Below are positions 18,899-33,023 of a stretch of 64,000 nucleotides of DNA, in pieces; position 1 is the stretch's first letter, and every line of letters begins with the position of its first letter. Location: positions 25 to 64,024 of the forward strand of contig CAIRBP010000049.1 of the NCBI GenBank assembly GCA_903876885.1, read 5' to 3'. Source of the stretch: an uncultured Burkholderiales bacterium (lineage in GTDB: Bacteria; Pseudomonadota; Gammaproteobacteria; Burkholderiales; Burkholderiaceae_C). The notes below the pieces were generated by a model. The model did no database searches and had not been told where the DNA came from. It saw only the letters and a program-made list of their open reading frames with translations. A program made the translations under genes and the position numbers.

Positions 18899-20116
18899 AT
18901 GGATGATGTTCAAAATCTAGGGCTTGCCCCACACCGGTCAATGTGTACCGATTGCGGCGTCTCTCGCAGCTCCAATCCCAAACAGTGCTCGACTGCATGT
19001 CAGTTCATTCAACCCAACTACGCTGAACTAGAACAAAGAGTGCACGGCAGAGTCAGAAATACTGATAAAGAGGATGAGTTGCATTTTGGCCCTTTTATTA
19101 ACATGCACCGAGCCAGCTTAAAAAAACCAAGCACCGGTGCACAGTGGAGTGGTATCACGACTCGGATAGCTGAAAAACTGCTTCAAAACAAGCTCGTAGA
19201 TGCGGTCCTAACCGTAGTTGCTGATCCAACTGATAAGTGGCGCCCCCTGCCCATACTCATTGATAAGCCGCAGGATATGCAAATGGCTAGGGGGATGAGA
19301 ATGGGATATGCACCGCTCTTATCGCTTCTCGAGCCAGCAAAAGCTCTGGGTTATAAAAGACTCGCCGTTATCGGCATTCCGTGCCAAATTTACGCATTAA
19401 GGGCTATGGAGGAAAGCTTAGGTTTTGATAAGTTATACGTCATTGGTACGCCCTGTTCAGACAATACAACGACGGAGAATTTTCATAAGTTTTTAAAGCT
19501 TATATCTCCCGAACCCGAAAACGTAACCTATCTCGAATTTAAAGCCAACTACCACGTTGAACTGCGGTATGCGGACGGCAGAAAAAAAGAAATTCCCTTT
19601 CTTCAACTACCGCTCTCAGATTTACCAAGAGACTTCTTTCCACTGACATGTCGCACCTGTGTAGACTACACCAATGTACTCTCAGATATTACGATTGGCT
19701 ACATGGCTGGAGAGGGTGAACAGTGGATCATCACTAGGAACCAGACGGGCCAAGAGTTATTAGAACAATTAGGAACAGAGGTAGACCTAAAACAACCCGG
19801 TAGCGCCGGTAAAAGACACTCTGCAGTAGTTGGATTTAAAAAAAATGTGGAGCTTTCAGCTGGCGGTCTACCACTGCGCAAAATGCCCAATTGGCTTAGA
19901 CCCATTATGGGCTGGTTAATGCCGCGAGTGGGACCAAGAGGTTTGGAGTTTGCAAGAACTCGTGTTGAGATGAAGGCTATTGAATCTATTCTTCATCTCA
20001 GAAGGGAGATGCCTCAAAGAGTTAAGTATTTAATTCCAAAGCATATTTGGCTCCTAGCCAAGCCGTATGATTTACGCCCACAGGATAATGAGAGCGATAC
20101 ACATCTTAAACGTTAG
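18899..20116 (+). CDS. bciB: Ferredoxin-dependent 8-vinyl reductase (F420 hydrogenase beta-like)
   Basis: CTDCG...C..ACQF, GAQWSGITT, IGIPCQ, GTPCSDN, CRTCVDY; PGC context. Confidence 0.9.
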   Translation: MDDVQNLGLAPHRSMCTDCGVSRSSNPKQCSTACQFIQPNYAELEQRVHGRVRNTDKEDELHFGPFINMHRASLKKPSTGAQWSGITTRIAEKLLQNKLVDAVLTVVADPTDKWRPLPILIDKPQDMQMARGMRMGYAPLLSLLEPAKALGYKRLAVIGIPCQIYALRAMEESLGFDKLYVIGTPCSDNTTTENFHKFLKLISPEPENVTYLEFKANYHVELRYADGRKKEIPFLQLPLSDLPRDFFPLTCRTCVDYTNVLSDITIGYMAGEGEQWIITRNQTGQELLEQLGTEVDLKQPGSAGKRHSAVVGFKKNVELSAGGLPLRKMPNWLRPIMGWLMPRVGPRGLEFARTRVEMKAIESILHLRREMPQRVKYLIPKHIWLLAKPYDLRPQDNESDTHLKR

Positions 20117-20168
20117 AGAAAGCCGTTAAAAAGCGTAGTCAAAAACTAAGGCGCGTAGAACTATCGGT

Positions 20169-21590
20169 TCAAGGTTTCTCGTTCGTGTCCGCAAGGCCAA
20201 ATCGGTGAAGTTTGACATATAAACTTTGCCTAGACAGACCAAGCATCTCAGCGGCAGAGGCGCGGTTATTTTGTGTAAGTTCGAGTGCAGACTGTATACA
20301 CATTTTCTCAATCATATCGGACGTTTCGCCCACAATATCTTTCATCGGCATGCGTCCTACTAACTGGGCAAGCTGAGAAACAGACCCCGCCATATTGCTA
20401 GAGGCCACGGGCCCAGTTTGAGATAAACGGTGAACGTCCCTAATAAAGAATGCATACCTTCTATCCTCTGTCGATAGTGTAGTTGCACTGATCTCTACTT
20501 CAATGGTGGTGTTGGATTGAGCAAGAAGTTCTGTAGCAAAATTTCTAATCGATGAAAGTTGTTTCAGGTTATTACTTAAAACACCCCAATCCACCCCTCC
20601 CCGAGCAAGCCAAGACTCAAATGGTTTACCTAAAACTTGGGCCAAAGAGAAAGATCCTGTAAGTGTTATGAATTCATCATTTGCACTCAAAACAATACCC
20701 GACGCATCCGTGACTAAGAAACCATAAGGAGCAGTCTGAAGTGCATCTGTGTACCACTCCTGGGTTAACTTATTTGTACTCGAACCTTGAGCTAAAGATT
20801 TCACACCCAGTCGAACCATTAACTGCGGTCCGCCCTCTTGGACAATTAATGAGGGCATGATCGTAAAGTCTTGCTCCGAAGAAATGCTCTTTGCTTTCAA
20901 TGCTTTTGTTTTACCGGCATTTTGTGCAGACCGCATCAACTCTTCAATATCTGGCTTATTTTCAGGTGCGAAATATTGAGCAAATTCAGATCCAATAATC
21001 TTCTTTGTATCCTCAAGCAAAAGAGCTTTTGCGGCAGCTATGTTTGCCTGTGAAATTTTCTTGGTGGCAAGGTCAACTATTAAAACGGCCTCACTTGAAT
21101 TCTCAAAGAGCGTGTTATATCGTGACTCTAAGTGCCTCAGACGCAAATAATCTCTCTCCATCGAGCGATGGGTATCCATTAATTTTTGCTGCATCTTAGC
21201 CATCGAACCTAAATCTCGAGCAGCCATAACCAACTCTTCTTGATTAGGAAATTTGAACACCTTGATCAACATGGGCGTAGGTAATTTTGCAGGCGACAAA
21301 AAGTTGATGTGTCTCCAATCGGCATCTAATTGCTTGGGGTCTACACTGTCTAAATCAACTTGCTCTTTGAGAGCGGTAACAAACTTATTGCTTGAATCTA
21401 TTTCAACGTAGTCTGAGAGGATTTGGCCCACCCAACCCTCTAATTTCAAACGCCCTAGCTCAATTCCTTTTGTCTTTACGGAGATGACCTTAGAGCTATT
21501 TGGATCAAGAATGACGATCGAATCCGCGAGCCCAAAAATCAGGGCTTCGTAAATACTCAAGTTGGCTGAAAGAGTTGAGGTGGTTGTCAA
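20169..21590 (-). CDS. ppsR: Photopigment repressor PpsR/CrtJ
   Basis: PAS domains, Q-linker (MERDYLRLRHLESRY), C-terminal HTH IEKMCI..ALELT.NNRASAAEMLGLSRQSLYVKL with the conserved Cys; TTG start. Confidence 0.93.
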   Translation of the reverse strand: MTTTSTLSANLSIYEALIFGLADSIVILDPNSSKVISVKTKGIELGRLKLEGWVGQILSDYVEIDSSNKFVTALKEQVDLDSVDPKQLDADWRHINFLSPAKLPTPMLIKVFKFPNQEELVMAARDLGSMAKMQQKLMDTHRSMERDYLRLRHLESRYNTLFENSSEAVLIVDLATKKISQANIAAAKALLLEDTKKIIGSEFAQYFAPENKPDIEELMRSAQNAGKTKALKAKSISSEQDFTIMPSLIVQEGGPQLMVRLGVKSLAQGSSTNKLTQEWYTDALQTAPYGFLVTDASGIVLSANDEFITLTGSFSLAQVLGKPFESWLARGGVDWGVLSNNLKQLSSIRNFATELLAQSNTTIEVEISATTLSTEDRRYAFFIRDVHRLSQTGPVASSNMAGSVSQLAQLVGRMPMKDIVGETSDMIEKMCIQSALELTQNNRASAAEMLGLSRQSLYVKLHRFGLADTNEKP

Positions 21591-21820
21591 ATTATTTCAA
21601 TCCAAGGATGAAAATGATTCATAGAATGGTTTTGAAACAACCACTGTTAATGTCACTTTCACACATATATAGGCAAAATATCTGTTTTCAATTACCATGC
21701 GTAAACCCCATAAACATAAGGTCTACTATAATACTTTAAGACAAATTTTTGGGCATTATTGCACTCAAAAGTTTCTCTATTATAAACACAATGATTAATC
21801 ACGAATAGATTTTCAGCTGT

Positions 21821-22855
21821 TTAAACATTTCTGGAGGAATCTGACTGAGAGCGTTGCGCTTTTCGCTGCTTCGCCCGGTACTGCCCCTTATGAGTTTCGC
21901 AGTGTGACTCAAATGGGCTTGAGGATTGATTTGTATTTTTAAAGTTGGGATCCAACTCAAAGTAATTCTTATGTGTTAATTCAACGGCAGGTATTTGGTT
22001 TAATTTCTTGGCTTTTCGACTCACTGAAACCAATTTCATCCCTAGGGTATGCACATCTCTCACATTTTTACAAACTAAATCTGCCCCTAGTTCCTCAATT
22101 AACTCTGGCTGTAGGGCAATCAAGGGACCTCCTACCAAGAATTGAATTCCAGGATTTTTAGATTTGGCTCTGACAGCAGAAATCCAAGACTTTAAGCCAG
22201 GTAATTGGTTCGACACAGAGATACTCACGCAAAACAGGTCAACCCAATGGTTTGCGACCAACTCCAGTATTACTTTTTCTTGATGATCAAATCCGGGCAA
22301 AACACTCCAGCCTTTTCTCTGGAGGTACTGCGATACGATCAAGGGTCCCAAAGTATGCTTTGCCCCTGCCGCGCTGGTCACTAAGGCCTGGAACCTATTT
22401 GTTCCGGGAACTAAGCTTGATTCATCCGGCCTTATGAACTCTGGGCTTAAGTTGAAGATTAAGCGCTTTACATTCCAAGTTGCAGTTGTGACGTCCAAAA
22501 AGGATATCTCGTCTCGCTCCCACTTATCGTGCAATAACCTGATAGCGGGTGGAATGATGTCTAGATAAAGGAGCTCGATGTTCAATCCCTGTGAAAACAA
22601 ATTTTCAGCAAAAAGTACTAACTCCTCAGAACTCAACTCCAAGCAAGCGTTACAACAAGATTCTGCGTAATCGCAAAGCTCCTGGGCCGACAAGGCGCTA
22701 AGTTCAGGGTGCTTACACCGCGAAACCAGTTTTACAGAATTTGAATCGTCAGCACGAGCGTTACCCTCGGCAAGACCTACGTGTTCCCGAACTAAATCGG
22801 GAATGATCTCACTAGCAAGGGTTGACACTATCGGCAACAGATGCTCAAAACTCAA
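21821..22855 (-). CDS. ppaA: PpaA/AerR antirepressor
   Basis: IPPAIRLLHDKWERDEISFLDVT, AGAKHTLG, GWSV, VGGP; upstream of ppsR and divergent from bchF. Confidence 0.85.
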   Translation of the reverse strand: MSFEHLLPIVSTLASEIIPDLVREHVGLAEGNARADDSNSVKLVSRCKHPELSALSAQELCDYAESCCNACLELSSEELVLFAENLFSQGLNIELLYLDIIPPAIRLLHDKWERDEISFLDVTTATWNVKRLIFNLSPEFIRPDESSLVPGTNRFQALVTSAAGAKHTLGPLIVSQYLQRKGWSVLPGFDHQEKVILELVANHWVDLFCVSISVSNQLPGLKSWISAVRAKSKNPGIQFLVGGPLIALQPELIEELGADLVCKNVRDVHTLGMKLVSVSRKAKKLNQIPAVELTHKNYFELDPNFKNTNQSSSPFESHCETHKGQYRAKQRKAQRSQSDSSRNV

Positions 22856-22965
22856 TTGACCGTCCCCTTCCCTTCTTTAGGTTTTAAAGGTCCATAACAA
22901 GATTTAAATGGTCGATCTAGGTTTATCGCATTACTTTAATCTAGATAAATTTCATTTTGGAAGAG

Positions 22966-23044
22966 TGTCCATTAAAAATGACTATTTATACCTAGTGAAA
23001 ACCCCTAATATGTAATTTAAATTTAACGTCAATTAAAGTTGACA
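22966..23044. promoter_or_regulatory. PpsR-like boxes in the ppaA/bchF divergent promoter
   Basis: TGT-N12-ACT (22966-22983), TGT-N12-ACG (23011-23028), CGT-N12-ACA (23027-23044). Confidence 0.7.
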
Positions 23045-23111
23045 TATATACTAATCAGACATACGATTCATACATTAGATAAATACAAAGCCACACGTTC
23101 ATTTAAAGCAA

Positions 23112-24955
<1,844 letters not shown>

Positions 24956-25007
24956 GTATCAGTGCTATAAAAATTATTTACAAACGTAAAAAACTGACTT
25001 AATCATT

Positions 25008-26675
25008 ATGCAACTAACCCTTTGGACATATGAAGGCCCACCGCACATAGGAGCAATGCGAGTTGCAACATCCATGAAGGATGTACATTATGTTTTGCAT
25101 GCGCCTCAAGGGGATACCTATGCTGACTTATTGTTCACAATGATTGAGCGACTGCCAAAACGCCCTCCGGTTACTTACACAACTTTTCAAGCACGTGACT
25201 TAGGGGGCGATACTGCACAACTCTTCATAGATGCAGTTCATCAAGCCAATGATCGGTTCAAACCCAACGCTCTTTTGGTGGGATCTTCATGCACAGCAGA
25301 GCTCATTCAAGACGATCCAGGAGGTCTAGCACTTGGATTAAAACTAAAAACTCCTGTAATCCCTCTTGACCTTCCCGCTTATCAACGCAAGGAGAATTGG
25401 GGTTGTGCAGAAACACTTTATCATTTAGTAAGAAATATCACCAAAAGAAGCGCTGCAAGTTCTTTAAGTGAGGTCACCTCGAAACCACCAGAGTCAGTTC
25501 GTCCGTCTTGCAACTTATTGGGTGCAACCGCACTTGGATTTAGGCACAGGGACGATGTGACAGAGATCAGCAAACTGCTGGGTGAACTCGGAATAGAGAT
25601 TAACGTAGTAGCCCCAATGCATGCAAGTGTTAAAGATATAGAGCGTTTGCCTTTAGCTGACTTTAACGTAGTGCTCTACCCCGAGACTGCACAAACAACT
25701 GCGTTGTGGTTGGAGCGTGAATTTAAACAACCATTTACTAAAAAAATCCCCATTGGACATAAAGGCACTATCGCCTTCATTCGTGAAGTACTAACACTCG
25801 CAAACCTGCCGATTGATGAAGAGTTGATTAAACACCTCTCTAAAAGATCTAGAGCTTCGTGGTACGCAGCCTCAGTTGACTCAACTTATCTGACTAATAA
25901 ACGTGTATTTATCTTTGCCGATGCCTCTCACGCTATCGCTGCAGCGCGAGTTGCCGCAGAGGAGATGGGCTTTCAAGTAGTGGGTCTGGGCACTTACAGC
26001 AGAGAATTTGCAAGGGAAATCCGCGAAGCTGCCAAGCTGTACGACATAACACCACTTATCACGGATGATTATCTTGAGGTAGAAGATCAAATCGAACAAC
26101 TTCACCCTGAGCTAATTTTAGGCACCCAAATGGAGCGCCATATTGCCAAGCGCCACGGTATACCTTGCACTGTGATATCTGCACCAATGCATGTCCAAGA
26201 CTTCCCCGCTCGGTATGCTCCTCAAATGGGCTTTGAGGGCGCAAATGTTTTGTTTGACACATGGGTTCATCCGCTAATGATGGGGCTTGAGGAACACCTT
26301 CTTGGTATGTTCCGTGAGGATTTTGAATTTAATGATGAGTCAGCACCCTCTCACCTGGGAGGGGCAAAGAAATCCGGTGCTGAGAAGCTTTCCACACAAT
26401 CACCTGAACAGGCCCAGGACAACTCTTCTCTTGAATTGACCTTTGAGCAAGATAGTGCAAGAACTTCGTCTTCTGAACTCACCCAAAGCGGCGAGGAAAG
26501 AGTCAATCAGTTAATACAAGTATGGAGTAATGAGGCCGAAATGGAGCTCAAAAAAATTCCATTCTTTGTCAGAGGTAAAGCAAAACGGAACACAGAAAAG
26601 TTCGCGAAAGAAACCGGTGTGATGCAAATCACAGTTGAAACTTTGTATGAGGCTAAAGCCCATTTCAGCAGATAA
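25008..26675 (+). CDS. bchB: Light-independent protochlorophyllide reductase subunit B
   Basis: [20 protein letters not shown]-terminal PCP_red domain (KIPFFVRGK). Confidence 0.97.
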   Translation: MQLTLWTYEGPPHIGAMRVATSMKDVHYVLHAPQGDTYADLLFTMIERLPKRPPVTYTTFQARDLGGDTAQLFIDAVHQANDRFKPNALLVGSSCTAELIQDDPGGLALGLKLKTPVIPLDLPAYQRKENWGCAETLYHLVRNITKRSAASSLSEVTSKPPESVRPSCNLLGATALGFRHRDDVTEISKLLGELGIEINVVAPMHASVKDIERLPLADFNVVLYPETAQTTALWLEREFKQPFTKKIPIGHKGTIAFIREVLTLANLPIDEELIKHLSKRSRASWYAASVDSTYLTNKRVFIFADASHAIAAARVAAEEMGFQVVGLGTYSREFAREIREAAKLYDITPLITDDYLEVEDQIEQLHPELILGTQMERHIAKRHGIPCTVISAPMHVQDFPARYAPQMGFEGANVLFDTWVHPLMMGLEEHLLGMFREDFEFNDESAPSHLGGAKKSGAEKLSTQSPEQAQDNSSLELTFEQDSARTSSSELTQSGEERVNQLIQVWSNEAEMELKKIPFFVRGKAKRNTEKFAKETGVMQITVETLYEAKAHFSR

Positions 26676-26710
26676 AAGTAATCAGTAAAGCATTACCCCA
26701 AAATAACTAA

Positions 26711-27631
<921 letters not shown>

Positions 27632-27671
27632 TAGTCAAATAAATTTCAAATCTTAGAAGGATTTTTTTGCA

Positions 27672-28409
27672 ATGAATAACTCAGACCAAGGCTATTTAGA
27701 GCGTCGCAGCCAAATTGAACATTATTTTGATCGAACTGCAGCGAAGACTTGGGAGCGTCTAACGTCTACAGACCCCGTCGGCAAAATAAGGGCTACGGTT
27801 CGAGCAGGACGAGATGAGATGCGTGCAACTTTGATGTCTTGGCTACCAGAGGATATGAGTGGCATGAGACTACTAGATGCTGGGTGCGGTACGGGCGCAT
27901 TATCGCTTTGCGCTGTCGAGCGCGGTGCACACGTTACCGCTATCGATTTATCAGCTAATTTGATTCAAGTTGCAAGAAATCGTTATGCCTCCTTATCTCC
28001 ACTTTCAAAAAATACATTCGAAACTCCAAAGCGGGGTTGGGTTGAGTTCTCAAGCGGAGACATGTTAGACCCCCAATTAGGTGAATTCGACTATGTGGTT
28101 GGTATGGATTCACTTATTCATTACGATGCTCCGGATTTAATCAACGGAATAAATATCCTAAGCGAACGAACTAAAAAGGCCATTTTGTTTACATTCCCAC
28201 CCAGGAATCCGTTTTTAGCGGTTGCTCATGCAATGGGACAGTTCTTTCCCCGTTCGGATCGATCGCCAACGCTAGCGCCTGTTTCCCAACATAAGCTCAG
28301 AAGTGCTCTTCAAAAGAGCATTACAAATAAAGGATGGAGCGAGGGTAAAACAACAAGGATATCAAGAGGTTTTTATACCTCACAAGCCTGGGAGTGGGTT
28401 CGTCAATGA
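27672..28409 (+). CDS. bchM: Mg-protoporphyrin IX methyltransferase
   Basis: YFDRTA..W, LDAGCGTG, MDSLIHY, GFYTSQA. Confidence 0.95.
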   Translation: MNNSDQGYLERRSQIEHYFDRTAAKTWERLTSTDPVGKIRATVRAGRDEMRATLMSWLPEDMSGMRLLDAGCGTGALSLCAVERGAHVTAIDLSANLIQVARNRYASLSPLSKNTFETPKRGWVEFSSGDMLDPQLGEFDYVVGMDSLIHYDAPDLINGINILSERTKKAILFTFPPRNPFLAVAHAMGQFFPRSDRSPTLAPVSQHKLRSALQKSITNKGWSEGKTTRISRGFYTSQAWEWVRQ

Positions 28410-29830
28410 AAGATATTGCTTTTAAAGCAAAAGAAAAGCTAAGCAATTTTGCCCAGCGCTATGTGCCGTTCGCAGATGCTGCGTCGGTGGAATTACCTTT
28501 GCCAAGACTACTTCGACTCTGCCTTTTTCAAACAGCAATTGGTATGACCATGGCACTGCTTGTGGGCACACTAAACCGTGTCATGATTGTAGAGCTTGGT
28601 GTACCAGCTTGGTGGGTAGCAATTTCAGTTGCGATTCCTTTAATTTTTGCACCATTAAGAGCATTAATTGGTTACAGAAGCGATACCCATCCCTCAGCAC
28701 TTGGATTGCGAAGACTCCCCTACCTGTGGATTGGTAATATCTTTTTGTTTGGAGGTCTAGCAATCATGCCGTTTGCGTTATTGCTGTTGAATGACTCCAC
28801 AACGCAAACAGTATGGATTGGACGTGTAGGTGCTTGCTTGTCCTTTTTATTAGTAGGCGCTGGCATGCAAACTACGCAGACCGCTGGCTTGGCTTTAGCT
28901 ACAGATATTGCACAGCCTAACAAAAGACCTAGGGTAGTTGCATTACTTCACAGTGCGATGTTAGTAGGATTAATTATTGGTAGTGGTTTACTTGGCTGGC
29001 TTTTGAAAGACTTTACACCTACAAGATTAGTTCAAGTTGTTCAAGGTAGTGCGGTCTTGGTTGCTGCATTGAATTTAACTTCACTTTGGAAACAAGAGGC
29101 CCGCCAAACAAAGAGAGGACAAAGAGAGCCCGACGGTTTTTCAAAAAATTGGCGTGAACTAATCTCAATGCCCAATATGAACAGATTTTTATGGACTGTT
29201 GGAATTGGTTCCTGCGCTTTCAGTATGCAAGATATTATTTTGGAGCCCTACGGTGGTGAAGTCCTGCATTTGAATGTCAGTTTCACAAGCTCACTAACAG
29301 CCTTGTCAGGTGCAGGAGCTCTATTAGCGTTTGCACTTTCAGCAAAATTGATGGGTAAGGGTCTTGATGCTTGCAGAGTTTCGGCATTTGGTCTTTTGAT
29401 GGGACTACCTGGGTTTGCATGCGTGATGCTTGCAGCCCCACTTGAATCTGCTTGGCTATTTAGATCGGGAACGGCATTCATTGGCTTTGGAGGAGGCATG
29501 TTTTCTGTTGGCATGTTGATCATTGCTATGGAAATGCCAGAAAAAGGTATGGCGGGAATGGTCCTTGGCGCTTGGGGTGCAGTTCAAGCTACGGCCTCTG
29601 GTCTATCAATGGCGGTAGGCGGCATTTTGAAAGACAGCTTTGCAAATTTTGCCAGTAAGGGCTATCTTGGGGACGCTTTGATGGATAAATCCAGTGGTTA
29701 TGGATTAGTTTTCGCCCTTGAAATGTGTTTGCTATTTGCTTGCCTAATTGCAATGGCACCCTTGTCTAGGAAGCGCCCAAGAGCTTTCCAACAATCTGCT
29801 CAATTTGGCCTAGCTGAATTACCTAATTGA
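28406..29830 (+). CDS. lhaA: LH1 assembly protein LhaA (BCD-family MFS)
   Basis: PFADAAS.ELPL.RLLRL; lies between bchM and puhA; ATGA overlap with the bchM stop. Confidence 0.92.
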   Translation: MKDIAFKAKEKLSNFAQRYVPFADAASVELPLPRLLRLCLFQTAIGMTMALLVGTLNRVMIVELGVPAWWVAISVAIPLIFAPLRALIGYRSDTHPSALGLRRLPYLWIGNIFLFGGLAIMPFALLLLNDSTTQTVWIGRVGACLSFLLVGAGMQTTQTAGLALATDIAQPNKRPRVVALLHSAMLVGLIIGSGLLGWLLKDFTPTRLVQVVQGSAVLVAALNLTSLWKQEARQTKRGQREPDGFSKNWRELISMPNMNRFLWTVGIGSCAFSMQDIILEPYGGEVLHLNVSFTSSLTALSGAGALLAFALSAKLMGKGLDACRVSAFGLLMGLPGFACVMLAAPLESAWLFRSGTAFIGFGGGMFSVGMLIIAMEMPEKGMAGMVLGAWGAVQATASGLSMAVGGILKDSFANFASKGYLGDALMDKSSGYGLVFALEMCLLFACLIAMAPLSRKRPRAFQQSAQFGLAELPN

Positions 29831-29868
29831 TATTCAAATATGTTTAACGCTTTTAAGGAGATGTAACA

Positions 29869-30627
29869 ATGGAAACTGGAGCTATAACTCAAGGCGTAGA
29901 CGTTGCGCAAGTAGTCCTCTATATGTTTTGGGCTTTTTTCGCAGGTGTGATCTACTATTTGGTTCGCGAAAACCACAGGGAGGGTTACCCACTCGATAAC
30001 GGACAGGAACGCGGACCTGTACAAATTGGATGGCCTGTTCCAGACCCAAAGACCTATAAACTGGAAGACGGTAGAGTAATAACTATCCCGGACCTAAACA
30101 GGCCCGACGGAGATTATTCGTTTGCGCCTTCTCATGCTTGGCTTGGTGCACCCCTTGAGCCCGTTGGCGATCCCCTGCTCTCAGGCATGGGACCCGGCGC
30201 ATGGGCGGCAAGAGAAGATATATGCGAAAAAGATCCTCACGGCGACTTAAAGATAGTCCCCCTCAGAGCAGCCCCTCAGCACAGCGTCGCACACCAAGAT
30301 CACGATCCCAGAGGTCTTAGCGTTTACGGTGCAGACCACCAAGAGGCCGGAACGGTTAAAGATTTATGGGTTGACCGTATGGAGATGATGTTCCGTTATA
30401 TTGAAGTTGATCTAGCAAGTGGCAAATCAGTTTTACTACCCATTACTTTCGCCAGTATTTCAAAACACAACATTCAAGTAGACGCTATTTTATCTACACA
30501 GTTTGACAAAGTACCTGCGCTTAGAAATCCAGAACAAATCACAAGACTCGAAGAGGAAAAGATTTGTGCGTTTTACGGAGCAGGAACTTTATACGCAACA
30601 CCTGAGCGTCAGGAGCCGCTTGTATGA
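29869..30627 (+). CDS. puhA: Reaction centre H subunit
   Basis: TGAIT..DVAQ..LY.FW, EN.REGYP, PRC barrel, QITRLEEEKI. Confidence 0.97.
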   Translation: METGAITQGVDVAQVVLYMFWAFFAGVIYYLVRENHREGYPLDNGQERGPVQIGWPVPDPKTYKLEDGRVITIPDLNRPDGDYSFAPSHAWLGAPLEPVGDPLLSGMGPGAWAAREDICEKDPHGDLKIVPLRAAPQHSVAHQDHDPRGLSVYGADHQEAGTVKDLWVDRMEMMFRYIEVDLASGKSVLLPITFASISKHNIQVDAILSTQFDKVPALRNPEQITRLEEEKICAFYGAGTLYATPERQEPLV

Positions 30628-31292
30628 GAGCAACCCACGAACACGAGTTCGAGGCGCAACCTGGACTCCCCGAAAAATTACCTGCAGGCGAATACATCTT
30701 ATGGCAATGTGCACCTGATTGGAAAAGTTTGGGAGTTCAAGTTTTCCATCTTAGAAGTCTTAGTATCTATTTTGGACTCATGCTTCTTTTACAAGCAAGT
30801 TATCTAAGTGGTCAATCTAGTGATTGGAGTGTTAAGCCCTTACTTCTAACTGGATCAATGGTTGCGCTGACCATTTGCGCAGTGTCTGCGTGGGCATGGT
30901 GGAGTGCAAAAACTACCATGTACACGATCACCAATAAAAGAGTAGTCATGAGAGTTGGTGTAGTGTATAGCCTAACTTTCAATCTACCTTTAAAACAAAT
31001 TATTAGCGCACATGAGCTGCACCGCAGAAACGGTACATCCGACATTAGTTTGACTTTACGAAGTGAGGACAGAATTGCATGGCTACATTTGTGGCCACAC
31101 ACCAGGCCTTGGGTGATCAATCACCCAGAACCAACTCTTAGGTGCATCGCTGCAGGTGAGCAGTGCGCTGAGATTTTAAAAGCAGCTTGGCTCGAAATTA
31201 ATAAAGATATAGCAATGATGGCGCCTAGCAATAACCACAAATCAACCGATTGCACCGGGCAATCGATAGACAACTTAGTTACAGCATCATAG
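30624..31292 (+). CDS. puhB: Photosynthetic complex assembly protein PuhB
   Basis: GLPEKLP.GE.ILWQ..PDW, YTITNKRVVMR.G, LWPHTRPW. Confidence 0.93.
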   Translation: MRATHEHEFEAQPGLPEKLPAGEYILWQCAPDWKSLGVQVFHLRSLSIYFGLMLLLQASYLSGQSSDWSVKPLLLTGSMVALTICAVSAWAWWSAKTTMYTITNKRVVMRVGVVYSLTFNLPLKQIISAHELHRRNGTSDISLTLRSEDRIAWLHLWPHTRPWVINHPEPTLRCIAAGEQCAEILKAAWLEINKDIAMMAPSNNHKSTDCTGQSIDNLVTAS

Positions 31293-31299
31293 ATAACAT

Positions 31300-31809
31300 A
31301 TGAATCAATTATCAGTTGACCATTCCAATACAGTTGGTGAAAAACAAAGAGCTTTTTCACCCATTACGCGACGCCATTTCCAGGCGATGCTAATAGTCAT
31401 GGTCTTAACCCTTGGGTACGCCACTTATCAGACCCAGTTCGGCTCGCCAAACGTAGATGTGAATTCACCCGCTATTCAGAAAACCACTCTAAAAATAAGC
31501 GATGCGTCAAATGGCGACATTTTAATAACCGTATTGGATGATGAACAAACATCAATTCAAGAGAAGACTCATAAAGTAATTAGATTCAGTGGTGAGCAAG
31601 GGTTTTTAAGAGGTACGTTAAGGGCCTTGGCTAGAGAAAGGCGTATGCGAAATCTAACTGCTGAGGCACCCTTTGAGCTTGCACTATTTCAAGATGGAAG
31701 ACTATCAATAACAGATACTTTGACAAACAAGGGTATTGATATTGAAGCATTTGGACCAGATAACGTTGCAGTATTTATGAAAGTGTTAACAGAGTCAGTA
31801 AAGAATTAG
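31300..31809 (+). CDS. puhC: Photosynthetic complex assembly protein PuhC
   Basis: N-terminal TM, GFLRGTLRALARER, AFGPDN. Confidence 0.92.
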   Translation: MNQLSVDHSNTVGEKQRAFSPITRRHFQAMLIVMVLTLGYATYQTQFGSPNVDVNSPAIQKTTLKISDASNGDILITVLDDEQTSIQEKTHKVIRFSGEQGFLRGTLRALARERRMRNLTAEAPFELALFQDGRLSITDTLTNKGIDIEAFGPDNVAVFMKVLTESVKN

Positions 31810-31858
31810 TTGCTTTAATTTAAAACTATAACCACGCACAAACTCAAAAGGATATGAA

Positions 31859-32974
31859 ATGAACGCACAAACAGCCTTCATGGATACGGACTACACCCAA
31901 CTACTCGTCAACAGCGTTGAGTCAGGGGAAGATGCTAAGAAAAAAGCGCTGACTAACACCGTACTTGCCCCACGTTTTTACACAACTGACTTTGATGCAA
32001 TGGATAAAATTGATGTCAGCTCTGTCAGAGAGGAATGGGACCTAATGATGCGAGAGTACGAAGGTGATAACAACCATGATCACTTTCAAAGAGATGCAGC
32101 GTTCGCAGATGAAGTAAAAACTCTCATGTCAAAGTTAGATGAGAATTTGAAACAAGAGTTTTATGACTTTCTAATTGGCTCACTTACTTCAGAATTTTCT
32201 GGCTGTATTTTGTATAACGAAGTCAGGAAAAACATTAGCAATCCCGATATCAAAAAATTAATGACTTACATGGCGAGGGATGAATCTAGGCATGCTGGCT
32301 TTTTAAATCAATCTCTTAAAGATTTTAATTTTGGAATCGATTTAGGAGAATTAAAAAGAACAAAGAAATATACATTTTTTAGACCAAAATTTATTTTCTA
32401 TGCAACCTATCTTTCTGAGAAGATAGGTTATGCAAGATATATTTCGATTTTCCGGCAGTTAGAGAAAAATCCAGATAAACGCTTCCATCCTATATTTCGC
32501 TGGTTTGAGAGATGGTGTAACGATGAGTACCGTCACGGCGAATCATTTGCTCTAATTATGAGAGCAGACACAAAATTGTTAACGGGCATTAATGTTTGGT
32601 GGATTCGTTTCTTCCTTCTTGCAGTATATGCAACTATGTATGTTAGAGATCATACTCGACCAGCGCTGCATGACGCGATGGGTTTAAATGCAACTGAATA
32701 TGACTTTGCTGTATTTAAGATTACGACAGAGATAACCAAACAGGTCTTCCCGATTTTGCTTGACACCGATCATCCAAAATTCAAGGAAGGTGTTGACGAA
32801 CTAACACGGTTGTCTTTGGCTGTGGAAGTAGCCAAAGAAAAATCTGGCCCAATCAATGCCCTATATAAGGGTTGGCTAGCTCTACAAGCCTTAATTGCGT
32901 TTGGAAGACTTTATTTTTTACCAGTTATAAAGTCTGAATTGCCTAAGCAAGTCAGAATGGTCCCAACTTGGTAA
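31859..32974 (+). CDS. acsF: O2-dependent Mg-protoporphyrin monomethyl ester cyclase
   Basis: [10 protein letters not shown] and di-iron motifs EFSG, DESRH, SEKIGY, DEYRH. Confidence 0.97.
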   Translation: MNAQTAFMDTDYTQLLVNSVESGEDAKKKALTNTVLAPRFYTTDFDAMDKIDVSSVREEWDLMMREYEGDNNHDHFQRDAAFADEVKTLMSKLDENLKQEFYDFLIGSLTSEFSGCILYNEVRKNISNPDIKKLMTYMARDESRHAGFLNQSLKDFNFGIDLGELKRTKKYTFFRPKFIFYATYLSEKIGYARYISIFRQLEKNPDKRFHPIFRWFERWCNDEYRHGESFALIMRADTKLLTGINVWWIRFFLLAVYATMYVRDHTRPALHDAMGLNATEYDFAVFKITTEITKQVFPILLDTDHPKFKEGVDELTRLSLAVEVAKEKSGPINALYKGWLALQALIAFGRLYFLPVIKSELPKQVRMVPTW

Positions 32975-33023
32975 CAGGTTAAGTTCATTTATTTAATCAT
33001 TCAAAGAATCGAATTGCTCAAAA

